Notes: generated by a model not told the origin, from the letters alone. Counted from the first letter of the stretch, positions 9,633 through 19,340 are shown. The stretch is DNA of 32,000 nucleotides from Synechococcus sp. A15-28 (GCF_014280175.1 NZ_CP047931.1:1650001-1682000); one strand, 5' to 3'. Made by a program: numbers and translations.

Positions 9633-10257
9633 GCAGGAGCCGCGGCGGCTCTGGGATCGGGGCGTTGAGCCGGGGAAAGATCCAGTACGCCAGAGCATGG
9701 AGTGACAGCACATAGATCACCTCCTGCACCACAACAAGAGCAAGGGCCATCAACTGAACACTGGTGAGATCAGGGCTGATGGGTAACTGCAACAGCGCGA
9801 TCAGCCGCTCAAGCAGCCCCGCCCCGGCACGGGTGATCACCACCCACAGGTTTTCTCCGACAAGGAGCGACAACACCAGGACCCGCACCAGAAATCCAAC
9901 GCTGCCCAGCACCACGCCCACCGGCCAGCTCAACCACCAGCTGCGCCCATTGCCCCAGCTCCAACCCAACCACAGGGCCATCAGGCCATAGGGGAACAGC
10001 AGCAGAGGCCCGCGCACGGGGCCCATCAACGCTGTCATCAGCAACACAGCCAGCAACACCCCCTCAGCTCCCGACCGTCCACCACGGCGCAATTGCAGCA
10101 GGGAGAGGGGCAGCGGCAAGGCAAGACGAAAGAGCGCACCTCCCACCGGCAGGTAATACAACGCCAGCCAGATCAGCCCGGTGGTGGCCGCCAGATAAGC
10201 CCCCTCCACAAGCCGGAGAGCTTGGTGCCGACTCAGCTTGCGCGGCGGCTGCTTCAT
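9604..10257 (-). CDS. DUF2232-like multi-pass membrane protein
   Basis: 217 aa strongly hydrophobic ORF in tight operon spacing with neighbours; family assignment from general resemblance only. Confidence 0.55.
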   Translation of the reverse strand: MKQPPRKLSRHQALRLVEGAYLAATTGLIWLALYYLPVGGALFRLALPLPLSLLQLRRGGRSGAEGVLLAVLLMTALMGPVRGPLLLFPYGLMALWLGWSWGNGRSWWLSWPVGVVLGSVGFLVRVLVLSLLVGENLWVVITRAGAGLLERLIALLQLPISPDLTSVQLMALALVVVQEVIYVLSLHALAYWIFPRLNAPIPEPPRLLHGLVALDPL

Positions 10258-10664
10258 GGTGCGATCCGTTCGATCCGTTCTACGGAGAAGACAACGTCGG
10301 ACTGCCGCAAAGCCCGGGTGACCGCCTCTGCAGGCGCGGCCGGATCGGCACCGGCCAGGCGGATGGTGATGCGATAGGGCGCCGGTGGCTGCAGCGATTT
10401 GGTCATGGGCTCCGGTTCACCGATCGGGTTGACATCAGGGGCGACATCCGCAACGCCGTCTTCCTCAACGGTGTCGCCCCCTTCAAGCTCCTGTGGTCGA
10501 TCAGCAGGGTCCTGATCCAGCACAGGTTTATCAGGGACCTTTTCCGCAGTCTTGGCCACCGTGAGTTCAGGGGCGTCGAAGCTGCGCTGCAACTCCTCAG
10601 CCACCGGCGAGCCGGCACAGGCCTGCAGCAGCGCCAATGGGAGCAGCCAGACCAGGCGAGACAT
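10254..10664 (-). CDS. Putative lipoprotein, unknown function
   Basis: 136 aa; N-terminal signal ending in lipobox LLQAC ([16 protein letters not shown]). Start overlaps the topA stop by one base (TGATG). Confidence 0.6.
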   Translation of the reverse strand: MSRLVWLLPLALLQACAGSPVAEELQRSFDAPELTVAKTAEKVPDKPVLDQDPADRPQELEGGDTVEEDGVADVAPDVNPIGEPEPMTKSLQPPAPYRITIRLAGADPAAPAEAVTRALRQSDVVFSVERIERIAP

Positions 10665-13366
10665 CAGCTGTCGCCGGGTTTGATCACCCGAACGGCACTG
10701 GCCCGCAGCCGGCCGGTCTTGGTGGTGGCCGGTGGCTTCTTGGCAGCGGGCTTTTTCGCAGCCGGTTTCTTGGCCGGCGTTTTTTTGGCTGCCGTGGTCT
10801 TGCGGCTGCTCTTCTTGGCAGAGGCCTTGGCCGCCAGCAGTTCCACAGCTTCCTCCAGCGTGACGTCATCCGCCCCTTTGCCTTCGGGCAGGGAGGCATT
10901 GACCTTGCCCAGCTTGAGGTAGAGGCCGTAGGGACCGTCGTAGACCTGAATCGTCTCCTCGCTGCCCTCGGGATTGCCGAGATCCTTTAGCGCCGTCCTG
11001 CCGCCGCGGCCCCGTTTGGGCATGGCGAGCAGCTCCAAGGCACGACTGAGGCCCACGGCCAGAACATCGTCATCCCCCTTCAGGGAGCGGTAGTCCTTCT
11101 CACCTTTGCCCTTGTCCCAGACCACATAGGGCCCGAAACGCCCGAGACCGGCCTGCACCCGACCACCATCGGGATGTTCCCCCAGCAAACGGGGGAGACG
11201 CAGGAGCCCAAGGGCATCGTCCAGCGTCAGATCCTCTGGCTTCTGCCCCTTGGGCAGCGAGGCACGCTTGGGCTTTGGATTCTCGTCACTGACCTGACCG
11301 CGCTGCACATAGGGCCCGTACTGACCGAAGAGCAGGTACACCAGGTCCCCCGTTTCCGGGTCCTCGCCGATGGCTTCCGGACCATCCGCCTTCTGCTTCA
11401 GGATCAGTTCCGCCTGGTCCGAGTCCAGGTCCGCCGGTGTGATCTCCCGAGGCAGGGTGGCCTTGATCAGCTCCTCCTCGCCGTCATCGCTGACCCGTTT
11501 GGCCTCGAGGTAGGCACCGAAACGACCGATGCGCACGACGCAGGACAGTCCCTCGAGATCCACGGTGCGGGAAGCACCGGGATCGATGTCCCCCTCCCGC
11601 TGCTGTACCTGAGTCTCCAGACCTTCATCCCCTTTGAAGAATGTCTCCAGGTAGGGCAGCCACTCCACCTTGCCGTGGGAGATCTCGTCGAGGGTGTTCT
11701 CCATTCGAGCCGTGAAGCTCGTGTCAACCAGATCCGGGAAATGCTCCTCCAGCAGAGCGGTCACAGCAAAGGCCGTGAAGCTGGGGGTCAGGGCATTGCC
11801 CTGCAGGGTGGAGTAACCGCGATCAACAATCGTGCCAATAATCGAGGCATAGGTGGAGGGGCGTCCGATTCCTTCCTTTTCCAGCATTTTCACCAGGGAG
11901 GCTTCGCTGAAACGGGCAGGCGGCTGGGTCTGGTGACCGAGAGGTTCCACCTGCTTTGGAACAGGGGCATCACCCACCGCCAGAGCGGGCAGGAGCACTT
12001 CCTGGCCCTCAAGGGCCGCATCGGGGTCATCACTGCCCTCGACGTAGGCGCGAAAGAAGCCGGGGAAATCGATCCGCTTGCCGCTGGCTCGGAAGCTGGC
12101 CTCTCCAGAGCTGAGATCGATCGACAGCATGGTCAGCCGTGCTTCCGCCATCTGGCTGGCAACGGTGCGTTTCCAGATGAGGTCATAGACCGCCAGATCA
12201 CGGCCCTCCAACCCGGTGTCCCCAGGGGTGCGGAAGCTCTCGCCGGAGGGGCGGATCGCCTCATGAGCCTCCTGGGCATTGCGTGCCTTGGTGCTGAATT
12301 GACGCGGCCCCTTGCTCAGATAGTCCTTGCCGTAAAGGCTCTCCACACAGCTGCGGGAGGCGCTGATCGCCTGATCGGAAAGGTGAACCGAGTCGGTTCG
12401 CATGTAGGTGATGAAACCGCGCTCGTAAAGGCCCTGGGCGCAGCGCATCGTTTCCCGCGCTGAGAGGCGCAGCTTGCGGTTCGCCTCCTGCTGCAGGGTG
12501 CTTGTGGTGAACGGCGGCACCGGCTTACGGACCGTTGGTTTCTCCTCCACCGCATCCACGGACCAGGCAGCGGTCTGAACCGTTTGCGCCAGGGAGCGGG
12601 CCTCCTCTTCCGTCAGCAGACGCACCTCGCTGCCTTCCTTCAGGCCACCGGTGCTTTCGTCGAAGTCGTTACCGGTGGCGATTCGGCGGCCATCCAGATG
12701 GGTCAGCTTGGCCTCAAACCCGCTGCCGGCATGCTCGAGCTGGGCTTTGAGGTCCCAGTAACTACCGCTGCGGAAGGCCCGCCGGGCCCGTTCCCGCTGC
12801 ACCAGCAGACGAACAGCGACCGATTGAACCCGGCCAGCAGACAGTCCCCATGCCACCTTCTTCCACAGGAGAGGCGAGAGGGTGTAACCCACCAGACGAT
12901 CCAGGATCCGGCGCGTCTCCTGGGCATGAACGAGCTCCATGTCCAGATCACGGGTCTGGTCCAGGGCTTTGCCGATGGCTTCTTTGGTGATCTCGTGGAA
13001 CACCATCCGTTTCACCGGAACCTTGGGGGCCAGCAGTTGCAGCAGGTGCCAGCTGATGCTTTCCCCTTCGCGATCTTCGTCCGTGGCCAGCAGCAGCTGA
13101 TCCGCACCCTTCAATGCATCTTTGAGTTCCCGCACCACCTTCTTCTTGTCCTTCGGCACCACGTAGAGGGGCTCGAAGTCGGCTTCGGTATTGACGCCAA
13201 GGTTGGCCCACTTCTGGCCCTTCGCGGACGCTGGGATCTCGCTGGCGTTGTTGGGGAGATCCCGCACATGGCCCATCGACGCCTCGACCTTGAATCCCTT
13301 CGGAAGGAAGCCGCGAATGGTGCGGGCCTTCGTAGGGCTTTCAACAATGACGAGGGTGTGCGCCAC
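10664..13366 (-). CDS. topA: DNA topoisomerase I (type IA)
   Basis: [81 protein letters not shown]; C-terminal repeat domains and a Lys/Ala/Pro tail. Confidence 0.98.
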   Translation of the reverse strand: MAHTLVIVESPTKARTIRGFLPKGFKVEASMGHVRDLPNNASEIPASAKGQKWANLGVNTEADFEPLYVVPKDKKKVVRELKDALKGADQLLLATDEDREGESISWHLLQLLAPKVPVKRMVFHEITKEAIGKALDQTRDLDMELVHAQETRRILDRLVGYTLSPLLWKKVAWGLSAGRVQSVAVRLLVQRERARRAFRSGSYWDLKAQLEHAGSGFEAKLTHLDGRRIATGNDFDESTGGLKEGSEVRLLTEEEARSLAQTVQTAAWSVDAVEEKPTVRKPVPPFTTSTLQQEANRKLRLSARETMRCAQGLYERGFITYMRTDSVHLSDQAISASRSCVESLYGKDYLSKGPRQFSTKARNAQEAHEAIRPSGESFRTPGDTGLEGRDLAVYDLIWKRTVASQMAEARLTMLSIDLSSGEASFRASGKRIDFPGFFRAYVEGSDDPDAALEGQEVLLPALAVGDAPVPKQVEPLGHQTQPPARFSEASLVKMLEKEGIGRPSTYASIIGTIVDRGYSTLQGNALTPSFTAFAVTALLEEHFPDLVDTSFTARMENTLDEISHGKVEWLPYLETFFKGDEGLETQVQQREGDIDPGASRTVDLEGLSCVVRIGRFGAYLEAKRVSDDGEEELIKATLPREITPADLDSDQAELILKQKADGPEAIGEDPETGDLVYLLFGQYGPYVQRGQVSDENPKPKRASLPKGQKPEDLTLDDALGLLRLPRLLGEHPDGGRVQAGLGRFGPYVVWDKGKGEKDYRSLKGDDDVLAVGLSRALELLAMPKRGRGGRTALKDLGNPEGSEETIQVYDGPYGLYLKLGKVNASLPEGKGADDVTLEEAVELLAAKASAKKSSRKTTAAKKTPAKKPAAKKPAAKKPPATTKTGRLRASAVRVIKPGDS

Positions 13367-13478
13367 AGGCGGGCCAAGAACCGTGCTCCTTCTTTATCGC
13401 ACCGCCAAGCGCTCTGCATGAGCAGTCCTGCTGAGGAGCGCCGCTACAGTCCCCTCAGCGCAACGGATTCAGGCCGCC

Positions 13479-15050
13479 ATGCCCGAGATGGGTGTCTTTC
13501 TTCTCGCCGCCCAGGCCATGGCAGCCCCTGGTGAGCTTCTCAACCTCTCCCTCAACGCCACGGCTGTGTTGCCGGAGGGGGCGGTGCTGCTGGCGATGAT
13601 CGCCACACTGCTGGTGGATCTGGCCGGCGAAAAGGTTGCTGCACGCTGGGTTCCTCCCATCTGCTACGCGGGTCTTGGAACAGCGCTTCTGATGCTGGCC
13701 CTGCAATGGAATTCCCCGGTTGAGAGCTCCTTTCTCGGGGCGTTCCTGGCGGACAACCTCGCCGTGGCCTTTCGAGCGGTCATTGCCCTCTCCACCCTTC
13801 TGTCCCTGCTGATCAGCTGGCGCTACGCCGAGCAGAGCGGCACTCCGGTCGGTGAGTACGCAGCGATTCTGCTGGCGGCCACCCTCGGGGCGATGTTGCT
13901 TTGCGGGGCAACGGATCTGGTGAGTGTCTTCATCTCGCTGGAGACCCTTTCGGTGGCCAGTTATCTGCTGTCGGGCTACATGAAGCGCGATGCCCGCAGT
14001 TCAGAAGCAGCGCTGAAGTACCTGCTCGTGGGATCCGCTGCAGCCGCTGTCTTTCTCTACGGATCCTCCCTTCTTTACGGACTCAGTGGCAGCACCAGCC
14101 TGGAGGCCATCGGTGTTGCCCTCCAGACCAGCGCCACACCCGTAGCGGCATTGTCCCTGGTGTTTGTTCTGGCAACGGTTGCGTTCAAGATTGCGGCCGT
14201 TCCCTTCCACCAGTGGACACCGGATGTCTATGAGGGCTCTCCCACGCCGGTGGTGGCTTTCCTCTCTGTTGGATCCAAGGCGGCAGGATTCGCCCTCGCC
14301 TTGCGGATCCTGGTGGGTTGCTTCGGAGCTTTCGACGGGCAGTGGAAACTGTTGTTCACCGTTCTTGCGGTGCTCAGCATGACCCTGGGCAACGTTGTGG
14401 CACTGGCCCAGACCTCGATGAAGCGAATGCTGGCCTACAGCTCGATTGGTCAGGCCGGTTTCGTCATGATCGGGATGGTCTGCGGCACCGAGGACGGCTT
14501 CGCGGCCATGGTCCTTTACATGGCGGCGTACCTGTTCATGAACCTCGGGGCCTTCGCCTGCATCATCCTGTTCTCAATCCGCACGGGCAGTGACAGGATT
14601 TCTGATTACGCCGGCCTTTACCAAAAGGATCCACTGATCACCCTTGGACTCAGCCTCTGCCTGCTTTCACTGGGAGGCATCCCGCCGATGCTGGGTTTCT
14701 TCGGGAAGATCTACCTGTTCTTTGCCGGCTGGGCTGATCATCAATATCTACTGGTGGTCGTCGGATTGATCACCTCAGTGGTGTCGATCTATTACTACCT
14801 CTCGGTGATCAAGATGATGGTGGTCAAAGAACCCCAGGAAGCTTCCGACATCGTCAAGGCCTATCCAGATGTGAACTGGTCGGTGATGGGGATGCAGCCC
14901 CTGAGGGTCGCTCTGATCGGCTGTGTCGCTGTTACAGCCGTGGGTGGCATCCTTTCCAACCCTTTGTTCCAGTGGGCCAACACGGCTGTGACCAGCAGCC
15001 CGTTGCTGCAGGAAGCCATCGCTCAATCCGCACAACGGGGCCTTGGCTGA
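13479..15050 (+). CDS. ndhB: NAD(P)H-quinone oxidoreductase subunit 2
   Basis: 523 aa multi-pass protein with proton-pumping subunit motifs ([62 protein letters not shown]). Confidence 0.97.
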   Translation: MPEMGVFLLAAQAMAAPGELLNLSLNATAVLPEGAVLLAMIATLLVDLAGEKVAARWVPPICYAGLGTALLMLALQWNSPVESSFLGAFLADNLAVAFRAVIALSTLLSLLISWRYAEQSGTPVGEYAAILLAATLGAMLLCGATDLVSVFISLETLSVASYLLSGYMKRDARSSEAALKYLLVGSAAAAVFLYGSSLLYGLSGSTSLEAIGVALQTSATPVAALSLVFVLATVAFKIAAVPFHQWTPDVYEGSPTPVVAFLSVGSKAAGFALALRILVGCFGAFDGQWKLLFTVLAVLSMTLGNVVALAQTSMKRMLAYSSIGQAGFVMIGMVCGTEDGFAAMVLYMAAYLFMNLGAFACIILFSIRTGSDRISDYAGLYQKDPLITLGLSLCLLSLGGIPPMLGFFGKIYLFFAGWADHQYLLVVVGLITSVVSIYYYLSVIKMMVVKEPQEASDIVKAYPDVNWSVMGMQPLRVALIGCVAVTAVGGILSNPLFQWANTAVTSSPLLQEAIAQSAQRGLG

Positions 15051-15759
15051 ATCATCCCCTCAAGCTGTCGCTGAGCTGAGGGGCGTCAGCAAGGTCTATG
15101 GACAGGGTGATCTTGAAGTCAGAGCGCTGGACCGACTCGATCTCACTGTTCACAGCGGCGATTACCTGGCGGTGATGGGGGCAAGCGGATCAGGCAAGAG
15201 CACGGCCATGAACATTCTTGGCTGCCTGGATCGGCCAACCGGTGGTCGTTACCGGCTCAACGGCATCGCCGTTGAGCAGCTCGATGACGATGCGCTGGCC
15301 GACCTGCGCAACCAGTCATTGGGATTCGTGTTTCAGCAATTCCATCTGCTTCCCCACGCATCAGCGATGGAGAACGTGATGCTGCCGATGGTCTATGCCG
15401 GAATCCCCTTGGAAGAGCGCAGGGAACGGGCGGCTTCAGCGCTGGATCGCGTCGGCCTGAGTCAACGACTGGACAATCGTCCCAACCAGCTCTCAGGCGG
15501 CCAACAGCAGAGGGTTGCCATCGCGAGAGCCATCATCAATCGCCCGAGTCTTCTCTTGGCGGACGAACCCACCGGTGCCCTCGACTCCAACACCACGGCC
15601 GAAGTGCTGGAACTGTTTGACGAACTTCATCAGCAGGGAATCACCCTGGTGATGGTGACCCATGAAGACGATGTGGCAGCTCGTGCCCATCGCATTGCCC
15701 GTTTTCAGGATGGCCGCATCTTGCACGATGAATGGAATAAAAAATCTCTGGTTCATTGA
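15043..15759 (+). CDS. ABC transporter ATP-binding protein, MacB/LolD-like
   Basis: Walker [10 protein letters not shown], signature [15 protein letters not shown], Walker [14 protein letters not shown]-loop VTHEDDVA. Confidence 0.92.
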   Translation: MAESSPQAVAELRGVSKVYGQGDLEVRALDRLDLTVHSGDYLAVMGASGSGKSTAMNILGCLDRPTGGRYRLNGIAVEQLDDDALADLRNQSLGFVFQQFHLLPHASAMENVMLPMVYAGIPLEERRERAASALDRVGLSQRLDNRPNQLSGGQQQRVAIARAIINRPSLLLADEPTGALDSNTTAEVLELFDELHQQGITLVMVTHEDDVAARAHRIARFQDGRILHDEWNKKSLVH

Positions 15760-16154
15760 TGCCACAATCGTCGAAACAACTGATGGTTGCTGTTGTCGAA
15801 GACGACCCTCGTATCGGAGAGTTGATCCGAGAGGAAGTCTGCGACGAAGGTCACCTCTGCCAGGGATACTTGACAGCTGAATCCTTTCTTGAGGAGGCGG
15901 ACAACCTCAACCCAGATCTTGTGTTGTTGGATCTGATGCTTCCTGGAGTGGATGGTCTTGAATGCCTTCGTCGGCTAAGAGAGTTACCACGGTTGCAAAG
16001 GTGTCCCGTCGTAATCGTTACCGCATTAAATGACGCCGCTAAGCGACGTGAAGCACAAAAGCTGGGGGCCTTTGATTACATCCTCAAACCTGATTTATTT
16101 GATCAGCTTCCTCAATTGCTTGCATCCCTGGCGCAGCAATCCTTGGAACAGTAA
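15759..16154 (+). CDS. Single-domain response regulator (receiver, REC)
   Basis: VVEDDPRIGELI...PDLVLLDLMLPGVDGLECLRRL...PVVIVTALND...GAFDYILKP. Acidic pair, phospho-acceptor Asp, Thr and Lys present. ATG overlaps the ABC ATPase stop (TGATG). Confidence 0.88.
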   Translation: MPQSSKQLMVAVVEDDPRIGELIREEVCDEGHLCQGYLTAESFLEEADNLNPDLVLLDLMLPGVDGLECLRRLRELPRLQRCPVVIVTALNDAAKRREAQKLGAFDYILKPDLFDQLPQLLASLAQQSLEQ

Positions 16155-17172
16155 AGACAACAGCCAGACAGGGAGCATCGTCCGCGCCAGACCAACGGCA
16201 CGTCAGCTCCCCGTTCCAGGCCTCCACCAACTGACGCACCAGGGGAAACTCCAAGTCCAGACCTTCGGTTGAGCGACCTTTCACCATGACGCGACAGATC
16301 TGATGAGCTGCATCGATCGCGACCGTGAGGCCTACCCCCACGGGTCCGTCGTGATCGCCTATGTCCAGAAGATTGTCGAGCACGAGATGCAAGGCATTCA
16401 CATCGACCAGAACCCAACAGTCGGCGAGTTCAGCACCTGGCTCCAACTGCACCCTGTGGCGTTGATCGTCCGGCAATTTCTGATGCCATTGCTCCAGCAA
16501 GGGCAAAAGAGGGGCCTGCACAAGCCCAGGCAAAGAGCTGCCGATTTCAAGCTGGGTCGCCAGGGTCAGCGTCTTCAGCAGGCGATTGATCCGGCTGACC
16601 TCCTCACAGGACATGCGGATGCTGCGCATGACCCGTTCAGGAAGGGTTTCAAAGCGACTTAAACGTTTCAGACATCCCGTGAGAATGGCCAGAGGGGTAC
16701 GCAGTTCGTGGCTGAGATGAACCATGAACTGCCGCTGTTGCATGAGGGCCTGTTCCTCTGGGCCAAGATCACGCCAGGTCACCAGCAGATACGACGCCTG
16801 CACCAGCTCAACCGGTTTCCAGACCACCATCTGATGATCTGTTCGTCGCCCATCGCTGAGTTCAAGAACGAATCGCCCCTGACCCGATGTTGATGGCAGC
16901 AGAACCTGCGGATCCATCAGCGGAGGTGGATCCTGCATTGATTCATCGGGAACCAGGCCACGGATCAGATGCCCCAGATCACGATTCACCACCTGAATCG
17001 GCACCCCCTCCACCAAGGAAGACGCCGATGCCTGATTCGCCCAGTGAATCCTCCGTTGGGCATCGATGATCACCATTGCTTCGGAGGCGGCATCAAACGC
17101 CACCTGCAGCATTCCCAGCGATTGACGAAGCTGGCCGACAAGCGGGGAATCAGAAGAGAACGATGTGCTCAC
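16084..17172 (-). CDS. Two-component sensor histidine kinase (PAS + HisKA) with atypical ATP-binding domain
   Basis: PAS-like AFDAASEAMVIIDAQRRIHWANQAS; intact H-box QFMVHLSHELRTPLAILTG; C-terminal DNLLDIGDHDGPVG...PLVRQLVEAWNGELTCRW in place of normal N/G boxes. GTG start. Confidence 0.85.
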   Translation of the reverse strand: MSTSFSSDSPLVGQLRQSLGMLQVAFDAASEAMVIIDAQRRIHWANQASASSLVEGVPIQVVNRDLGHLIRGLVPDESMQDPPPLMDPQVLLPSTSGQGRFVLELSDGRRTDHQMVVWKPVELVQASYLLVTWRDLGPEEQALMQQRQFMVHLSHELRTPLAILTGCLKRLSRFETLPERVMRSIRMSCEEVSRINRLLKTLTLATQLEIGSSLPGLVQAPLLPLLEQWHQKLPDDQRHRVQLEPGAELADCWVLVDVNALHLVLDNLLDIGDHDGPVGVGLTVAIDAAHQICRVMVKGRSTEGLDLEFPLVRQLVEAWNGELTCRWSGADDAPCLAVVFTVPRIAAPGMQAIEEADQINQV

Positions 17173-17185
17173 AACAAACCAACAC

Positions 17186-17572
17186 CTAATCCTCGTCTGG
17201 CAAAGGTTTCAACGTGGCAGCGAAGGACCATGTGCCATTGCGATCTTTCTCGGCAACGATGTAATGCTCGCTCACGATCGCCTCTCCGTTCGCACAGAAC
17301 GTGGCCAATTTCAACGGGTGATTCAAGACCCTGGATTCCTCGGTGAGCTTGAAACGTGCAAACCCTGAATGGTGCGAGTCACGGAAACTCGGGGGCAAAA
17401 TCAGCCCCAGCGACTGACCCAGGAGTTGGTCGTCACGCCAGCGATACACCTCGCGAAACCGCTGATTGATCTCACAAACCACACCCGAAGCTTCAGCACG
17501 GACAAAGGGAAGATCCTGCTGTTCACGCAGTTGACGAATCGAATCCTCGGTCCATGACTGCTGGGAAACCAT
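17186..17572 (-). CDS. Stand-alone PAS-domain protein
   Basis: LPFVRAEASGVVCEINQRFREVYRWRDDQLLGQSLGLILPPSFRDSHHSGFARF...GTWSFAATLKP has PAS-like pattern. 13-bp gap before the kinase start suggests one operon. Start chosen at MVSQQSW; the track start is 17614. Confidence 0.7.
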   Translation of the reverse strand: MVSQQSWTEDSIRQLREQQDLPFVRAEASGVVCEINQRFREVYRWRDDQLLGQSLGLILPPSFRDSHHSGFARFKLTEESRVLNHPLKLATFCANGEAIVSEHYIVAEKDRNGTWSFAATLKPLPDED

Positions 17573-17657
17573 CACCGAGAACCATTGAGGCAATTTTAGT
17601 GATCCCTGCAGCACTGCATACGGGATTGTCTAAGTTGAACAAAGGTTCTTTCCCTTG

Positions 17658-18005
17658 ATGCCGGAGCAGTCCACGCAGAGACGTCGCGTTCTGGTCATCG
17701 ATGATGAGCCGAGGCTGACCGAGCTGCTCAGCCTCGAACTCGATGTCGAGGGCTACGACGTTGACATCGCTTCCGATGGGGCGGCGGGCCTGATCCGCAG
17801 TCGCAGCGAACCCACACCGGATCTGATCATCCTTGACTGGAATCTCCCTGACTTCAACGGCATCGATATCTGCCAGAGGATCAGGGCTGGGGGCATCTGC
17901 ACCCCAATCCTGATGCTCACCGGCCATGACGAGGTCAGTGACCGTGTCACAGCACTGGATGCAGGGGTTGACGACTATTTGATCAAGCCATTCTCCATTG
18001 ATTAG
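17658..18005 (+). CDS. Receiver-domain fragment of the interrupted OmpR-family regulator
   Basis: ORF from ATG 17658 to the in-frame TAG. Confidence 0.5.
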   Translation: MPEQSTQRRRVLVIDDEPRLTELLSLELDVEGYDVDIASDGAAGLIRSRSEPTPDLIILDWNLPDFNGIDICQRIRAGGICTPILMLTGHDEVSDRVTALDAGVDDYLIKPFSID

Positions 18006-18008
18006 CTG

Positions 18009-18386
18009 ATGGCACGGCTACGGGCCATGCAGCGGCGTGCAGAGGCATTTTCCGGAGGTGGTGAATCCGGTCAAGACATCGTGCAGCTGACGGTGGCCGA
18101 CCTGTCCATGGACATCAGAACCCGAGATGTCAAACGGGCCGGCCGGTCAATACAGTTGTCCGTGAAGGAATACGACCTTCTCAACTTCCTGATGCGTGGT
18201 GCGGGACGAGTGCTCGAACGGCAGGAGATCATGCGCGGGGTTTGGGGTGAGAACTTCTTTGGAGACGACAACCTGCTGGATGTCTACATCCGCTACCTGC
18301 GTCAGAAAATCGAATCTAAAGATGCTCCTACGTTGATCCACACGGTGCGCGGCGTGGGCTTCATCCTGCGGGAGGAATCGGAATGA
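18009..18386 (+). CDS. Winged-helix DNA-binding fragment of the interrupted OmpR-family regulator
   Basis: Same frame; ATG at 18009, 3 nt after the TAG; SVKEYDLLNFLMRGAGRVLERQEIMRGVWG...RGVGFILREE. Confidence 0.5.
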   Translation: MARLRAMQRRAEAFSGGGESGQDIVQLTVADLSMDIRTRDVKRAGRSIQLSVKEYDLLNFLMRGAGRVLERQEIMRGVWGENFFGDDNLLDVYIRYLRQKIESKDAPTLIHTVRGVGFILREESE

Positions 18387-18390
18387 CCAC

Positions 18391-19293
18391 TCAGGCTCTC
18401 TGGAGACTGCGCAACAGCGCAGCCATCAACTCGGCCACGGGATCGGCAGGACGCTCTGCGGATGGGCCAAGGTCGAACTCTGCGGGGTTAACGGCCTGCC
18501 AACTCCCATTCTTGGGGAGGCGCAGCTCGAAGTGAAGATGGGGGCCGGTGCTGCGTCCTGTGCTGCCGACGCGACCGATCACGTCACCTTGGCGCACCGT
18601 CTGCCCGGCTCTGACGTACAGCTCCGAGAGATGTCCGTAAAGCGTGCGGCGTTTGGGAGCACTGTGCTCCAGCTCGACGGCGATGCCGTAGCCACCGGCC
18701 AGACCACTGCTCACCACACGACCGGAAAGCGCTGCCACCACAGGTGTGCCATTGGGCGCAGCGAAATCCTTGCCCGTATGCATCATCCAGTCGCCGAGGA
18801 TCGGATGGAGCCTCCAGCCGAAGCCACTCGTGGTGATGGCCTGGCCGATCACGGGAAACAGCAGCCTTGTATCTCCGTTTCCAGGACGAGGGGACGGTCG
18901 CGGCGTGACCGCAAAGAATGAATCCACACTGAAGCTGGACTCACCCCCCGCCAGGAGGGGATCGACAGGAACCGCCTTGGGCGTGCGAGACGACGCTGGA
19001 GCTCGGCGGGATCGAGGAAGGGAACGCACAGCCACTCCCGCTGCACACTCCTGACGGGACAGCGCACCATCGCGACAGGCGCGTTGATGACGGGAGACAT
19101 CGATTGGGGACTGCGGTTGTCCCGCTTTAAGCACCCGTCGTTCCTGTGGTGTGATCACCCGAGAACGCTCAAGCTGCTCGAGGGACTGATCAAAACGCAT
19201 TGGGGGCTTTGCCCCTCTGATCTGAGAGGGATCTGGTTTGAGAGGGGCTGCTGGAATGCTCAGCATCCAAAACAGCGTCCACCAGCGGATCAC
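18391..19293 (-). CDS. M23-family metallopeptidase (peptidoglycan hydrolase-like)
   Basis: ITTSGFGWRLHPILGDWMMHTGKDFAAPNGTPVVAALSGRVVSSGLAGGYGIAVELEH...YGHLSE...VGSTGRSTGPHLHFELR. Confidence 0.92.
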   Translation of the reverse strand: MIRWWTLFWMLSIPAAPLKPDPSQIRGAKPPMRFDQSLEQLERSRVITPQERRVLKAGQPQSPIDVSRHQRACRDGALSRQECAAGVAVRSLPRSRRAPASSRTPKAVPVDPLLAGGESSFSVDSFFAVTPRPSPRPGNGDTRLLFPVIGQAITTSGFGWRLHPILGDWMMHTGKDFAAPNGTPVVAALSGRVVSSGLAGGYGIAVELEHSAPKRRTLYGHLSELYVRAGQTVRQGDVIGRVGSTGRSTGPHLHFELRLPKNGSWQAVNPAEFDLGPSAERPADPVAELMAALLRSLQRA

Positions 19294-19340
19294 AACCAGC
19301 CACGACTTGGCCTCAAAACCTTACGAGGATTCAGCTGTGG

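Larger units (their letters stand above)
17658..18386 (+). pseudogene. OmpR/PhoB-family response regulator interrupted by a single in-frame TAG (18003-18005)
   Basis: REC part (VLVIDDEPRLTELL...DWNLPDFNG...VDDYLIKPFSID) and winged-helix part (MARLRAMQRR...NLLDVYIRYLRQKIESKDAPTLIHTVRGVGFILREE) are in the same frame, separated only by TAG CTG. The usual sequence would read KPFSIDELMARLRA. Confidence 0.65.

Noticed and set aside
11174-12463. 429-aa plus-strand ORF inside topA
   Set aside because: Antisense to clear topoisomerase I coding sequence; no domain signature.
18387-18390. Terminator expected between the OmpR-type regulator and the convergent M23 peptidase
   Set aside because: Only 4 bp separate the two stop codons. 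Any terminator would have to lie inside coding sequence, and I could not support one.
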